A stretch of 64,000 nucleotides of DNA from an uncultured Acidobacteriota bacterium (GCA_963770895.1 CAVYRF010000001.1:704481-768480), one strand, 5' to 3'. Counted from the first letter of the stretch, positions 9,483-18,914 are shown. Translations and numbers: made by a program. Notes: generated by a model not told the origin, from the letters alone.

Positions 9483-10261
9483 GCGCGGCCACCCTGTGCG
9501 ACGACGAGCGCCTCTTCTTCGAGGCCAACGGCTACCTCATGCTGGAAGGCGCCCTGACCGCCGCCGAAGTCGCCCGCCTGCGCCAGGTCACCGACGAAGC
9601 CGAGCAGCGTTTTCACCGCAACCCCGATCTGCCGGGCTCGCGCCTGCCGGAATTCCTTGAGCTCGAAGCCATCATGGAGTATCACCAGCAGCTCTTCGAT
9701 CTCGTCGAGCACCCCCACGTCTTCCCGCGCGTGCGCCAGGTGCTGGGCCCCGACATCGCCGTGATCGATCACGCCTACTACGTCACCCCGCCGGGCGGCG
9801 TCGTCACCGGCAGCGCCTGGCACACCGACCTGGGCAAGCGCATTCACGGCGTCTACAACCCGCGCTCGATCCTGATGGTGCGGGTGATGTACACCCTGGA
9901 CGACGTCGGTCCGAACGACGGCGCCACCCTGGTGCTGCCGGGCTCGCACCGCTTCACCCCCGACGTCGCGGTGCCGCGCGTCGAAGTGCCCGAGCAGATG
10001 CCCGGCAGCGTGCGCCTGACATGCCCGGCCGGCAGCGCCTACCTGTTCAACGGCAACATCCTGCACTGCCCCGGCAACAACCGCGGCACCCGCAACCGCC
10101 GCATGCTGCTCTACAACTACGGCCACCGCTGGATGCGCATGTGGAAAGGCCACGACCCGTCGCCATGGCTGGCCCAGCGCGCCACCACCCCCATGCGCCG
10201 CCAGCTCCTCGGCCTCGGCCGCCACTACTACGGCGCCGACGCCCCCTGCGAACCCGCCTGA
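9479..10261 (+). CDS. PhyH family Fe(II)/2-oxoglutarate oxygenase, copy 2 (tandem paralogue)
   Basis: GTG 9479 overlaps the stop of copy 1 (GTGA). ERLFFEANGYLMLEGAL, WHTDL and GATLVLPGSH are clearly paralogous to the upstream gene. Confidence 0.8.
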   Translation: MSAATLCDDERLFFEANGYLMLEGALTAAEVARLRQVTDEAEQRFHRNPDLPGSRLPEFLELEAIMEYHQQLFDLVEHPHVFPRVRQVLGPDIAVIDHAYYVTPPGGVVTGSAWHTDLGKRIHGVYNPRSILMVRVMYTLDDVGPNDGATLVLPGSHRFTPDVAVPRVEVPEQMPGSVRLTCPAGSAYLFNGNILHCPGNNRGTRNRRMLLYNYGHRWMRMWKGHDPSPWLAQRATTPMRRQLLGLGRHYYGADAPCEPA

Positions 10262-11409
10262 GCGCCGGTCTCCTCGATCGTTGCCGGACGCTTGCCCGCC
10301 CGGTGGTGCAGCAAGCCGGGAAGATCTCCCAGGGGGGAGGGCGGCGTCAGGCGATGGTAGGAGAGGGCCTGGACGCTGTTGCCCAGCCAGCGCGGCCAGG
10401 CGCGGGCCAGGGCGAAGCCGACTTCGGCGGGCCAGGTGGCGAAGCGCCGGCGGTAGAGCACCTGGTCGCGGTCGACGTCCACCACGCGCAGCTCGTTGCG
10501 GTCGGCCAGCGCGAAGGCGTAGATGCCGCCGGCGATCTGCTGCACGTCGTGCAGCCAGCGGGAGCCGACGGCGAAGCGGTGGGCGATGCGGCCGCCGTCG
10601 TCCAGGACGATCAGGGCGCCGGCGGTGCTGTCGGCAAAGTAGAGGCGGCCGGCGTCGTCGAAGCGGGCACCGTGGCAGCCGACGAAGCCGCGGGTGACCT
10701 CCTCGTAGCGCTCGCGCTGCAGGTCGTAGACCCCGATCGCCCCCTGGATCAGGGTCGATACCGCGATCCAGCGCCCGCTCGCGTCGGGAAAGGCGGCGTT
10801 CACGTGCGCCGCCTGCAGCCGGTCCGGGACGTAGTGGCGGCGCAGGTCCAGCTCCGGGGTCAGCGGATAGGCGCGCGGGTAGACCGTCGCCGGCAGCGGC
10901 AGCCGGCGGACGACCGCGGCGGCGGCGTCGTCGACGACCAGCAGGGCGTCCGCCGCCGAGCACGACAGCACGGCGCCGCCGCCGGGCAGCGGCGCCACGG
11001 TGTGCAGGCCCGCCAGGTGCGGGTCTTCGCAGCGGCCGGCGAGCTCCGGGCGGGCCGCCGCCAGGCGCGTCACCAGGGCGGCGGACCGCCGCAGGCGCCA
11101 GCTCTCCAGGTGGTGCTCGCAGCCCACCAGCAGGTGGTGCGCGTCGACGAAAGCGGCGTGCTGGATGCGGACGCGGCTGCGCAGGGCGCCCAGCGGCAGC
11201 ACCCGGACGCGGCCGCCGTCCTCGACCACGCGATACAGGCTGAGGCCGCCGCTGTACAGGTGCGTCGCCGGCGGCAGGCTGGCCGCGGGCGGCGGGCGGC
11301 GCAGGCGGTCCGCATCGCCGAAGCGGCGCTCCAGGAACTGCGGCGAGCAGCGCTCCAGGTTGGTGCGCCGGCTCGAATGGGTCAGGCAGAGCAGCCCCAG
11401 GATGCGCAT
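10228..11409 (-). CDS. hypothetical protein (possibly beta-propeller-like)
   Basis: 393-aa ORF with normal-looking composition, unlike the Arg/Pro artefact ORFs around it. It sits directly downstream of the FkbM::GT1 gene on the same strand. I recognise no diagnostic motif. Confidence 0.55.
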   Translation of the reverse strand: MRILGLLCLTHSSRRTNLERCSPQFLERRFGDADRLRRPPPAASLPPATHLYSGGLSLYRVVEDGGRVRVLPLGALRSRVRIQHAAFVDAHHLLVGCEHHLESWRLRRSAALVTRLAAARPELAGRCEDPHLAGLHTVAPLPGGGAVLSCSAADALLVVDDAAAAVVRRLPLPATVYPRAYPLTPELDLRRHYVPDRLQAAHVNAAFPDASGRWIAVSTLIQGAIGVYDLQRERYEEVTRGFVGCHGARFDDAGRLYFADSTAGALIVLDDGGRIAHRFAVGSRWLHDVQQIAGGIYAFALADRNELRVVDVDRDQVLYRRRFATWPAEVGFALARAWPRWLGNSVQALSYHRLTPPSPLGDLPGLLHHRAGKRPATIEETGAQAGSQGASAP

Positions 11410-11442
11410 GTGCCGCCGCCGCCGGTGTCTCGCCGCCGCCGT

Positions 11443-13359
11443 TCAGAGCCCGCGGCCGAGCAGGGCGTGGATGCGGTCCAGGTACAGGCCGGCGACCGCC
11501 TCCTGCGAGCACAGCCGCGCCACCTTGCGGCGCAGCGGCGCGCCGACGCCGGGGCCCAGGCGGGCCAGCGCCTGGCGCAGCGATGCGACGTCCGGTTCGC
11601 CGTCGCGGCTGTCGACGAACAGGATCTCGTCGGCGAACACCTGCGGCAGGGCGCCGACGCGGGTGGCGATCACCGGCACCCCCAGCATGCCGGCCTCCAC
11701 GACCACCATCGGAAACCCTTCGCTGGCCGACAGCACGACGACCGCGTCGACGCTGCGCAGCAGCGTGCCGATCGCCATGCCCGGCGGCAGCAGGTGCAAG
11801 CGCTGGGTGGTGCCGTGCGCGGCGGCCAGGGCCGCCAGGCCGGCGCGGGTCTGCTCGGCGGTGTCGATGCCCTGCACGACCAGGTTGCAGTCGAGCTCCG
11901 CCAGGCGCTCGACCAGCCAGGCGGCGCGCTTGAACAGCAGCAGCCTGCCCAGGAAGCCCAGGATCGGGGGATGCCGCGATCGTGCCGTCCGCGCCGCGCC
12001 GCCGGCGAACAGGCGCTGGCCGCTGCCGCGCAGGCGATCGCGTGAGCACGGGTTGGGGATGACCACGGCGTCGTCGATGCGGTCGCGCATCACCGGCGAC
12101 ACGCAGGCGCAGTCGTCGATCACGTGCCGCCAGCGCCGGTGGACGTCGACCTCCTGCTCCTTTTCCGTGTGCACCACGCGCAGCGAGCGCGGCCTGCGGG
12201 TCATCGACGCCAGCGCCCGCGGCACGGCGGGATTGAGCCCGTACCACAGCGCCACGTCCTGGTCCTCCAGGGCCGCCACCAGGTCCTGGCCGGTGGCGGC
12301 CACCGTCGCCGTGCCGAAGCGCGCCACCAGCTCCGGCGCCAGGTCGAAGAGCGGCTGCGGCCGCGCGTCGGCGTTGGGATCGTTGGGATCGCGGCGGGCC
12401 GGCAGCGGCGCGCCGCCCGGCACCTGGTCCAGGACGCAGACGGACACGGCGGCCCGGCGGCGCAAGGCCTCGGCCACCGCGATCATCGCGGTTTCGCCGC
12501 CGCCCAGCTCGCGGTGGGGGAAGACCACGCAGACGCGCGGCCGCGCGTGCCGCCCCCGCCGTCCCTGCCGCAGCGGTGCGAGCGGCGGCCGCTTGGCGCC
12601 GATCCCCGCCTTGCGATGGGCGATGAAGCTCCCCCAGGGGTGGGGACCGCCGGGGTCGAGGTGCACGACGTGGGTGGCGGCCAGGGCGTCGGCGATGCGC
12701 GGCGGATTGAACGGGAAGTGCCATTCGCCGCGAATCCAGCCGACGCGGTGCAGGCGGCCGGCCGCCGCCAGGCGCGCCAGGATCTCGCCCTCCGCGCCCT
12801 CGCAGTCCAGTTTCAACAGGTCGATCTCGGGGTTGCCGTGGCGGTCGAGCAGCTCGATCACGTCCAGCGCATCCACCACCACGGTGGCGGCGGCGCCTTC
12901 GCCGTGCGCCAGCGCCGCGCCCACCTCCTCGACGCGGCTGGCCGCGGCGTTGCCGTCCGCGTTGGCGCCGCCCTGGCGCAGCCGGGTGGTGCGCGCCCCC
13001 GGCCGGCCGAGCACCGCGCCGGCAAACACGCTCACCCCGTCCAGGCCGCCGACGTTGTGCGCCAGCAGGGCGGCGCTTTCGGGGTCCGGCTCGGCGGCGA
13101 TCACCCGCGCCTCGGGCCACAGGCGTTTGACCTTCAGGGTGAAGGCGCCGACGTGGGCGCCGACGTCGAGCACCGTGCGCGGGCGGTCGCCCGCCGCGCA
13201 AAGCGGCGCCAGCTGGTATTCGTCGCCTTCCAGGATGGAGCGCACCACTTCCTCGTCGCAGCGCCGCCCCGGCGGCTGGGCGCGCACCCAGAGCGTGAAG
13301 CCGGCCACTTCGATCGGCGCGGCATCCAGCAACAGGCGGGTGGCGACGACGAGCTGCAA
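11443..13359 (-). CDS. FkbM-family methyltransferase fused to GT1/GT4 glycosyltransferase
   Basis: 638 aa. The N-terminal half (VLDVGAHVGAFTLKV...IAAEPDP...LKLDCEGAEGEIL) is FkbM-like. The C-terminal half (LSASEGFPMVVVEAGMLGVPVIATRVGALPQV) is a GT1 E-x7-E type domain. Confidence 0.8.
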   Translation of the reverse strand: MQLVVATRLLLDAAPIEVAGFTLWVRAQPPGRRCDEEVVRSILEGDEYQLAPLCAAGDRPRTVLDVGAHVGAFTLKVKRLWPEARVIAAEPDPESAALLAHNVGGLDGVSVFAGAVLGRPGARTTRLRQGGANADGNAAASRVEEVGAALAHGEGAAATVVVDALDVIELLDRHGNPEIDLLKLDCEGAEGEILARLAAAGRLHRVGWIRGEWHFPFNPPRIADALAATHVVHLDPGGPHPWGSFIAHRKAGIGAKRPPLAPLRQGRRGRHARPRVCVVFPHRELGGGETAMIAVAEALRRRAAVSVCVLDQVPGGAPLPARRDPNDPNADARPQPLFDLAPELVARFGTATVAATGQDLVAALEDQDVALWYGLNPAVPRALASMTRRPRSLRVVHTEKEQEVDVHRRWRHVIDDCACVSPVMRDRIDDAVVIPNPCSRDRLRGSGQRLFAGGAARTARSRHPPILGFLGRLLLFKRAAWLVERLAELDCNLVVQGIDTAEQTRAGLAALAAAHGTTQRLHLLPPGMAIGTLLRSVDAVVVLSASEGFPMVVVEAGMLGVPVIATRVGALPQVFADEILFVDSRDGEPDVASLRQALARLGPGVGAPLRRKVARLCSQEAVAGLYLDRIHALLGRGL

Positions 13360-13431
13360 GCGGCTCCTCCTTGGTCAGGCCCCGGATCGCGTGGGAGGCT
13401 CGGCCGGCATGGTATATTCTCCGCGCTCTTT

Positions 13432-14088
13432 ATGGAAAGCCTCATCAGGGTGCTCCCATCGGCTCCCCTCGCCATCCACCGCCGGAACGCTCGTGCCGGA
13501 GCTCTGGCGATGCTCCTGCTGGCCGCCTCCTGGGCCGGGGCTCCCGCTGGCGCCGCTGGGGCCGCGGCGGTTCCGGTCGTCGCCTCGGGCGACCTGCGCA
13601 TCCCGGACGTGACGCTGCTCGACCAGGACGGCCGGCCGGTGCGGTTCTGGAGCGACCTGGCGCGGGACAAGGTGGTCGCGGTCAGCTTCGTGTTCACCAC
13701 CTGCACCACCATCTGCCTGCCCATCGGCGCCAACTTCGGGCGCCTGCGCAGCCAGTTGGGCCGCCGCGCCGGCGCCGACGTCCAGCTCATCTCGATCAGC
13801 ATCGATCCCGAAGAGGACACGCCCGCCCGCCTCAAGTCCTGGGCCGCCAGGTTCGGCGGCGGACCGGGCTGGACGCTGCTCACCGGCCCGTCGCGGGACG
13901 TCGATCGTCTGCTGCGCGCGCTGCAAGCGTATACTCCCGATTTCCGCAACCACTCGTCGCTGATCTTGGTTGGAAACGCGGCGACGGGAACCTGGCGGCG
14001 GATCTCTGGCCTGGCGCCGGCGGACCAGATCGCCGCGCAGCTCACCAGCCTGGCGGCGCCGCAACGGCCGGTGCCGCCGGCCCCCTGA
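13432..14088 (+). CDS. SCO1/SenC family copper chaperone / thiol-disulfide protein
   Basis: ATG 13432 is in frame with ORF 12124..14088. There is an N-terminal hydrophobic anchor, a CxxxC motif (FTTCTTIC) and the lines ISIDPEEDTP and WTLLTG. Confidence 0.85.
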   Translation: MESLIRVLPSAPLAIHRRNARAGALAMLLLAASWAGAPAGAAGAAAVPVVASGDLRIPDVTLLDQDGRPVRFWSDLARDKVVAVSFVFTTCTTICLPIGANFGRLRSQLGRRAGADVQLISISIDPEEDTPARLKSWAARFGGGPGWTLLTGPSRDVDRLLRALQAYTPDFRNHSSLILVGNAATGTWRRISGLAPADQIAAQLTSLAAPQRPVPPAP

Positions 14089-14162
14089 CGTTTTCGGTCT
14101 GGCGCCGGTCTTAGGCTGCCAGCCATCGATTTGAGTGTTCGGAGGTTGAGAAGGAGCTGCAG

Positions 14163-14855
14163 ATGAAGTGTCTCATCCGACCCACGCTGGCGGCGCTCTC
14201 CCGGCGCGCCGGCATCGCCTCGGTGCTGGCCGCGATCGCCGCGACCGCGATGGCCGTGATCGTGCTGACCGTCACCGCCGCACCGCTCGGCGCCGCGGTG
14301 GCCTGGACCGACCACCTGACGACGGCCCCTCCCGAACCGCCGCTCGCCCCGCCCGCCGGCCCCGTCTCGCCGGCCCGCAAGTACTTCTCGGACGTGGAGC
14401 TGGTGGACCAGAACGGCCACACCCAGCACCTGTACAGCGACCTGCTGCAAGGTAAAACGGTCGTCGTCGAAGCCTTCTTCACCACCTGCACCGGCGCCTG
14501 TCCGGTGATGGGGCAGAAGCTGGCCGCCCTGCAGGAATGGCTGGGAGACCGCCTCGGCAAGGACGTCTACCTGCTCTCCTTCTCCGTCGATCCGCAGACC
14601 GACACCCCGGCGCGCCTCAAGCAATACGCCCAGCAGCTGGGCGCCCGGCCAGGCTGGTACTTCCTCACCGGCAAGAAGGAAAACGTCGACTGGGCGCTCT
14701 ACAAGCTCGGCGACTACGTCGAGCAGAAGCAGGATCACTCCAACCTGCTGATCTTCGGCAACGAGCCGACCGGTCTGTGGAAAAAAGTCTTCGGTCTGGC
14801 CCAGTCCGAAGACCTGATCCACTCCCTGGATGCGGTGCTGCACGACCGCGGTTAG
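14163..14855 (+). CDS. SCO1/SenC family protein, second copy
   Basis: 230-aa ORF after GAAGGAG (about 14150). It has a membrane anchor, a CxxxC motif (FTTCTGAC) and the lines FSVDPQTDTP, WYFLTG and H at DHSNLL. Confidence 0.88.
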   Translation: MKCLIRPTLAALSRRAGIASVLAAIAATAMAVIVLTVTAAPLGAAVAWTDHLTTAPPEPPLAPPAGPVSPARKYFSDVELVDQNGHTQHLYSDLLQGKTVVVEAFFTTCTGACPVMGQKLAALQEWLGDRLGKDVYLLSFSVDPQTDTPARLKQYAQQLGARPGWYFLTGKKENVDWALYKLGDYVEQKQDHSNLLIFGNEPTGLWKKVFGLAQSEDLIHSLDAVLHDRG

Positions 14856-16980
14856 CCGCCGCCACCGCCGCTGCTCACTGCCAGGCGGACTGCAAGCAGT
14901 TGCCTGGCTGTGGCTCCTGGCCGCGGCGCCCTGTCTGGCCCAGGGCGCCGGCGCCCCGCCTGCCGCCCAGGCGGCGATGGTCGCCGCCGGCAAGCAGATC
15001 TACCGCACCGGCCATGACGCCGCCGGCCCCGAGATCATGGCCGTGCTCGGCGGCCAGCAGGGCGCCGAGGTGACCGCCGCGGCGCTCCCCTGCGCCGGCT
15101 GTCACGGCCGCGACGGCAAGGGGCGCCCGGAAGGCGGCGTCACCCCGTCCGATCTGACCTGGGACGCGCTCAGCCGCCCCTACCAGCTCGCCGAGCCCGG
15201 CAGCCGCCGCCACCCGCCTTACGACGAGCGCACCCTCAAGCGGGCCATCACCCTGGGCATCGACGCCGGCGGCCAGGCGCTCCAGGCCGCCATGCCGCGC
15301 TACCGCCTCACCCAGGAGCAGGCCGACCACCTGATCGCCTACATCAAGACCCTGGGGCGCGAGGCCGACCCCGGCGTTACCCCCGACCGCCTGCGCCTCG
15401 GCATCCTGCTGCCGCCCGAGCCCGAAGCCGCCGCCGTGCGCCGCGCCCTGGACGCCGCCGCCGCCCGTCTCAACGCCACCGGCGGCCTCTATGCCCGCCG
15501 TCTCGACCTGCGGTACCTGCCGCCATTGCCGCAGTCTGCCGCCATGCCGGGGCCGGAATCGACCGCTTTGGCGGCGTCGGGGATGGTTGCTTTGTCCAGG
15601 CCGGAGCTGGTTGTAGTGCGGGTGTCGGCGCCGGACGCCTTGTATCGGCCGGAGGGGGCTGCAATGCGGACACCAGCGCCGGCGGCGTTGGATGCGGCTG
15701 ACGCGGAGTCACCGCAGCGGGCTTCCTCGCCAGGGCCGGAGGCTGCAATGCGGGCACTGGGGCCGGCTACTTTGGCGGCGCCGGAGCCGGCTGACGCGGA
15801 GCCTCCGGAGAGGGTTTCCTCGCAAGGTTCCGGGGCGGCCGACCCTCTCGCCTCCGGCTCGGTTGTGCCGCCGGCTTCGCCGGCGCAGTCGGCCGCCTGG
15901 CGCGCCGCGGTCGAGCGGTTCCTGGACGCCGAGCAGCCCTTTGCCCTGGTGGCGTCGGCCGCCGCCGGCGAGGAGGCGGCGCTGGCATCCCTGGCCGCCG
16001 ACCGCGAGCTGCCCGTGGTGGGCGCCCTGACCGGGGCGCCGCCGCCGGCTTCGTCGCTCGATCGCTATGTTTTCTATCTCCAGCCGGGACTTGCCGAGCA
16101 GGCGCGAGCCCTGGTCGAGGCGGTATCCGCCGGCCTGGGCGGCGTGCCGCGCCACGCCGGCCTGCTGATCGCCGCGGCGCAGCCCGAAGCCGTGGCCGCC
16201 GCCGCCCGCGACCAGTTCGACCGCACGCGCGTTCAACCCTGGGCGGCGACCTGTGCGCCGGGAGACCGCCAACTGGCCGCGCGCATCGTCGAAGCGAATC
16301 AGGCCGGCGTCGACGCCCTGGTCTTTATCGGCGGCGCCCAGGACGCGCACGACCTGCTCGCCGGCGCCGACGCCCTGGGCTGGCATCCGCGCGTCTTCCT
16401 GCTGGCGGCCCTCGCCGCCGGCGCCGTCCTGGACGCGCCCGCTGCCTTCGCCGGCCGCCTCTACCTGGCCGCCCCCGGCCTGCCGTCGGATCTCACCGCA
16501 AAAGGCGCCGCGGCGCTGCTCGCCGCCGGCCTCGCACCCCCTTCGGGAGCGCCCGCGGCAGCCGCACCGCCCGACAACCAGGCCCCCGGCACCGCAGCCA
16601 ACAGCGGCCCGGCGGCCCAGAGCCCTACGGCTACCGCTCCGGCGCCCACCGCCCCGGCAACCCGCGGCCCGGCGTCCGGAGCCTCGGCCGGCGCCCCGGC
16701 GACACAGGCCAAGGAGCTGCCGCGCGCTACGCTCTACGAGCGTCAGGCGCTGGCGGCCTTTGCGACCTTCACCGAGGCGCTGACCCACTGCGGCCGCGAC
16801 CTCAGCCGCGACCGCCTGATCGACGCGCTGGAGGGGATGCACGACTTTGACACCGGCCTGACGCCGCTGCTCACCTTCGGCCCCGAGCGGCACCTGGGGG
16901 CGTTGGGCGCCTACGTCGTCGTCTTCGATCCCGCCCGCGGCGGCCTGGCTCCGGCCGGCGGTTGGGTGGCGCCACGTTGA
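14830..16980 (+). CDS. cytochrome c domain fused to periplasmic solute-binding (Leu/Ile/Val-binding-like) domain
   Basis: 716-aa ORF with a signal-like N-terminus (AVAWLWLLAAAPCLAQG). It has a heme motif (CAGCH, about 15100) with a downstream Met (AAMPRY). The C-terminal ~400 aa resemble type I periplasmic binding proteins. The start is uncertain: ATG 14830 overlaps the upstream gene by 26 nt. Confidence 0.75.
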   Translation: MRCCTTAVSRRHRRCSLPGGLQAVAWLWLLAAAPCLAQGAGAPPAAQAAMVAAGKQIYRTGHDAAGPEIMAVLGGQQGAEVTAAALPCAGCHGRDGKGRPEGGVTPSDLTWDALSRPYQLAEPGSRRHPPYDERTLKRAITLGIDAGGQALQAAMPRYRLTQEQADHLIAYIKTLGREADPGVTPDRLRLGILLPPEPEAAAVRRALDAAAARLNATGGLYARRLDLRYLPPLPQSAAMPGPESTALAASGMVALSRPELVVVRVSAPDALYRPEGAAMRTPAPAALDAADAESPQRASSPGPEAAMRALGPATLAAPEPADAEPPERVSSQGSGAADPLASGSVVPPASPAQSAAWRAAVERFLDAEQPFALVASAAAGEEAALASLAADRELPVVGALTGAPPPASSLDRYVFYLQPGLAEQARALVEAVSAGLGGVPRHAGLLIAAAQPEAVAAAARDQFDRTRVQPWAATCAPGDRQLAARIVEANQAGVDALVFIGGAQDAHDLLAGADALGWHPRVFLLAALAAGAVLDAPAAFAGRLYLAAPGLPSDLTAKGAAALLAAGLAPPSGAPAAAAPPDNQAPGTAANSGPAAQSPTATAPAPTAPATRGPASGASAGAPATQAKELPRATLYERQALAAFATFTEALTHCGRDLSRDRLIDALEGMHDFDTGLTPLLTFGPERHLGALGAYVVVFDPARGGLAPAGGWVAPR
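15657..15830 (+). repeat. degenerate 84-bp (28-aa) tandem duplication in the linker of the cytochrome c fusion gene
   Basis: GGCTGCAATGCGG... starts at 15657 and again at 15741. The two peptide copies are AAMRTPAPAALDAADAESPQRASSPGPE and AAMRALGPATLAAPEPADAEPPERVSSQGS. Confidence 0.5.
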
Positions 16981-17810
16981 TGGGCGCCGCCCCCGCCAGC
17001 GCCGGCGGGCAGGTCGGCGCTGCCTACGACTCGATCGCCGCGGCATACGATGGCTTGGTCAGCGAAGACGCCTGGATGCGCGAGCGGCTCTGGGCGCACC
17101 ACCTGCGGGTGTTTCCCGCCGGCGCGCGAGTGCTGGACGTGGCCTGTGGCACCGGCCTCGACACCCTGCACCTTGCCGCGCGGGGTCGCCGCCTGACCGG
17201 TGTGGACGCCTCGCCGGGGATGCTGGAAGCGCTGCGCGACAAGGCCGCGGCGCTCGGGCTTGCCGGTCAGGTCGCGGTGCGGGCGGGCGACGCCGGTCAG
17301 CTGGACGATTGGGAACCCGCCAGCTTCGACGGCATCCTGTCGTCTTTCGCGGGCCTCAACACCACCGACCTGTCCGCCTTCGCCGCCGCCGCCGGCCGCC
17401 TGGTACGTCCGCGCGGCCGGGTGGTGATCCACCTGCTCGCGCCGGCCGGCATCTGGGAGCGCCTGCGCCTCGCCGCCGCCGGGAGCCCCGGCGCCGCGCT
17501 GCGCCTCGGCCGCCGCCGCCAGCTCACGGTCACCATCGCCGGAAGCGCCGTGACGCACCACCTGCTGCCCGCCGGAGACCTCTATCGCCGCCACTTCCAC
17601 GCCGCCTTCCACCTGCGCCGCTGGTACGGCCTGGGCTGGCTCTGGCCGCGCCAGTTCGGCGCCCGGCTAGGCCCCCGCACCGCCCGGGTGCTGGGCGGGC
17701 TGGACGCCGCCCTGGGCCGCTATGAACCCTGGCGCCGCTGCGCCCGCTTCCTCGTTCTCGACCTGGAGCGCCGCGACGACCAGGCCGGCCCCATCGAACG
17801 GCACGGTTGA
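16980..17810 (+). CDS. class I SAM-dependent methyltransferase
   Basis: ATG 16980 overlaps the upstream stop (TGATG). Motif I is VLDVACGTGLD. The gene ends in LDLERR, like its paralogue at 49396..50385. Confidence 0.8.
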   Translation: MGAAPASAGGQVGAAYDSIAAAYDGLVSEDAWMRERLWAHHLRVFPAGARVLDVACGTGLDTLHLAARGRRLTGVDASPGMLEALRDKAAALGLAGQVAVRAGDAGQLDDWEPASFDGILSSFAGLNTTDLSAFAAAAGRLVRPRGRVVIHLLAPAGIWERLRLAAAGSPGAALRLGRRRQLTVTIAGSAVTHHLLPAGDLYRRHFHAAFHLRRWYGLGWLWPRQFGARLGPRTARVLGGLDAALGRYEPWRRCARFLVLDLERRDDQAGPIERHG

Positions 17811-17916
17811 GCCGGCCGGGCAGCCGCACCCCAATTCCCGCGGCGCCCCCGAAACCTCCCTGGTGGCGGCCCCGTAGGGTTCGGCACGGGCGGAGATGTA
17901 CTCGCGGAGAGGGCGC

Positions 17917-18837
17917 ATGCGCAAGCTGTTGGCGGTGCTGTTGGAGCTGGCGATCGGACTGATCGTCGTGGCGGTGTTGTTCGTCGACGTGCGGGTCCTG
18001 CTGCAAAGCCCAACGTTGATCTATCTGTTCCTGCCGGTCGTCTGCGTGATCACTCTTGGCGTGGGCGCCTGGCGCGGCCGCACCAGCCCGCTCGCTGGTT
18101 GGCAGGTGGTGGCGCTGATCAACCTGCCGACGCTGGTGATCGTTGCTGCGACCGCGGGACGCGCCTGGCTGCAACTGCTCGCGTTGCCGGTTCTAGGGGC
18201 GGCGTGTACCGGTCTGGGATTGGCCGTGGCGCGCGGCCCGGCGGCCCGGCGACCGTGGCGGGCCGTGGTGCCGCTTTTGGCCATCGTGCTGGTTGCCTTG
18301 GGAGCCCTGGGCCCGCGGTTCGCCCGATCGCTGGTGTTCAGCGACGAGCAGCGCCAGCCCGCCGTCGCGTTCCGCTTCACCGACCTGGGCACCGGCGCGG
18401 TCGTCGGTGCGGAGCAGCTGCGCGGCCGCGTCGTGGTGATCGACTTCTGGGCCACCTGGTGCGTGCCCTGCCAGCACGAGCTGCCCGAGCTGGACCGTAT
18501 TGCGCAGCGCTTTGCGGGCGACCGCCGGGTGGCGTTCTACGCCGTGGACGTCCCGATGACCGACACGCCGAACGACCAGGGCGACACTCCCGAGCGGGCG
18601 CGGGCACTGTTCGGCCGCCGCGGGTTTCGCCTGCCGCTCGGTTTCGACGCCGGCGGCAGCGCGGCCGTCGCGCTGCACGCCCACGGCCTGCCGACGCTCA
18701 TCATCCTGGATCGTACAGGCCAGATGCGGCTGCGCCGCGTGGGCTACACCGGTGCCGAGGACCTCGGCGCAATCCTGGACGCCACCCTCGGGAAGCTCCT
18801 GGCCGAAGGCGCCGCGACCCCGCCGAGCCCCTCCTGA
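17917..18837 (+). CDS. membrane-anchored TlpA-family thiol:disulfide oxidoreductase (thioredoxin fold)
   Basis: ATG 17917 lies 5 nt after GGAGAGGG; an alternative in-frame ATG is at 17896. There are about 5 N-terminal hydrophobic segments, then FWATWCVPCQHELPEL (WCxxC). Confidence 0.85.
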   Translation: MRKLLAVLLELAIGLIVVAVLFVDVRVLLQSPTLIYLFLPVVCVITLGVGAWRGRTSPLAGWQVVALINLPTLVIVAATAGRAWLQLLALPVLGAACTGLGLAVARGPAARRPWRAVVPLLAIVLVALGALGPRFARSLVFSDEQRQPAVAFRFTDLGTGAVVGAEQLRGRVVVIDFWATWCVPCQHELPELDRIAQRFAGDRRVAFYAVDVPMTDTPNDQGDTPERARALFGRRGFRLPLGFDAGGSAAVALHAHGLPTLIILDRTGQMRLRRVGYTGAEDLGAILDATLGKLLAEGAATPPSPS

Positions 18838-18886
18838 AGAGCGGCCCCACCGCCTTGCCGCGCCGGAGCCAGGGAGGCGCGCCAAG

Positions 18887-18914
18887 TTGAACGATGTTGG
18901 CTTTTTGATATGTT
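18887..18914 (+). promoter_or_regulatory. putative sigma70-type promoter of the 42-aa peptide gene
   Basis: TTGAAC (18887-18892), a 16-nt spacer, then TATGTT (18909-18914), inside a local AT-rich dip. Pattern match only. Confidence 0.25.

Noticed and set aside
9419-13201. 1260-aa minus-strand ORF
   Set aside because: It overlaps the well-supported PhyH copy 2, the 10228 gene and the FkbM::GT1 gene in other frames. Its composition (RRRR, PGGR runs) is non-protein-like.
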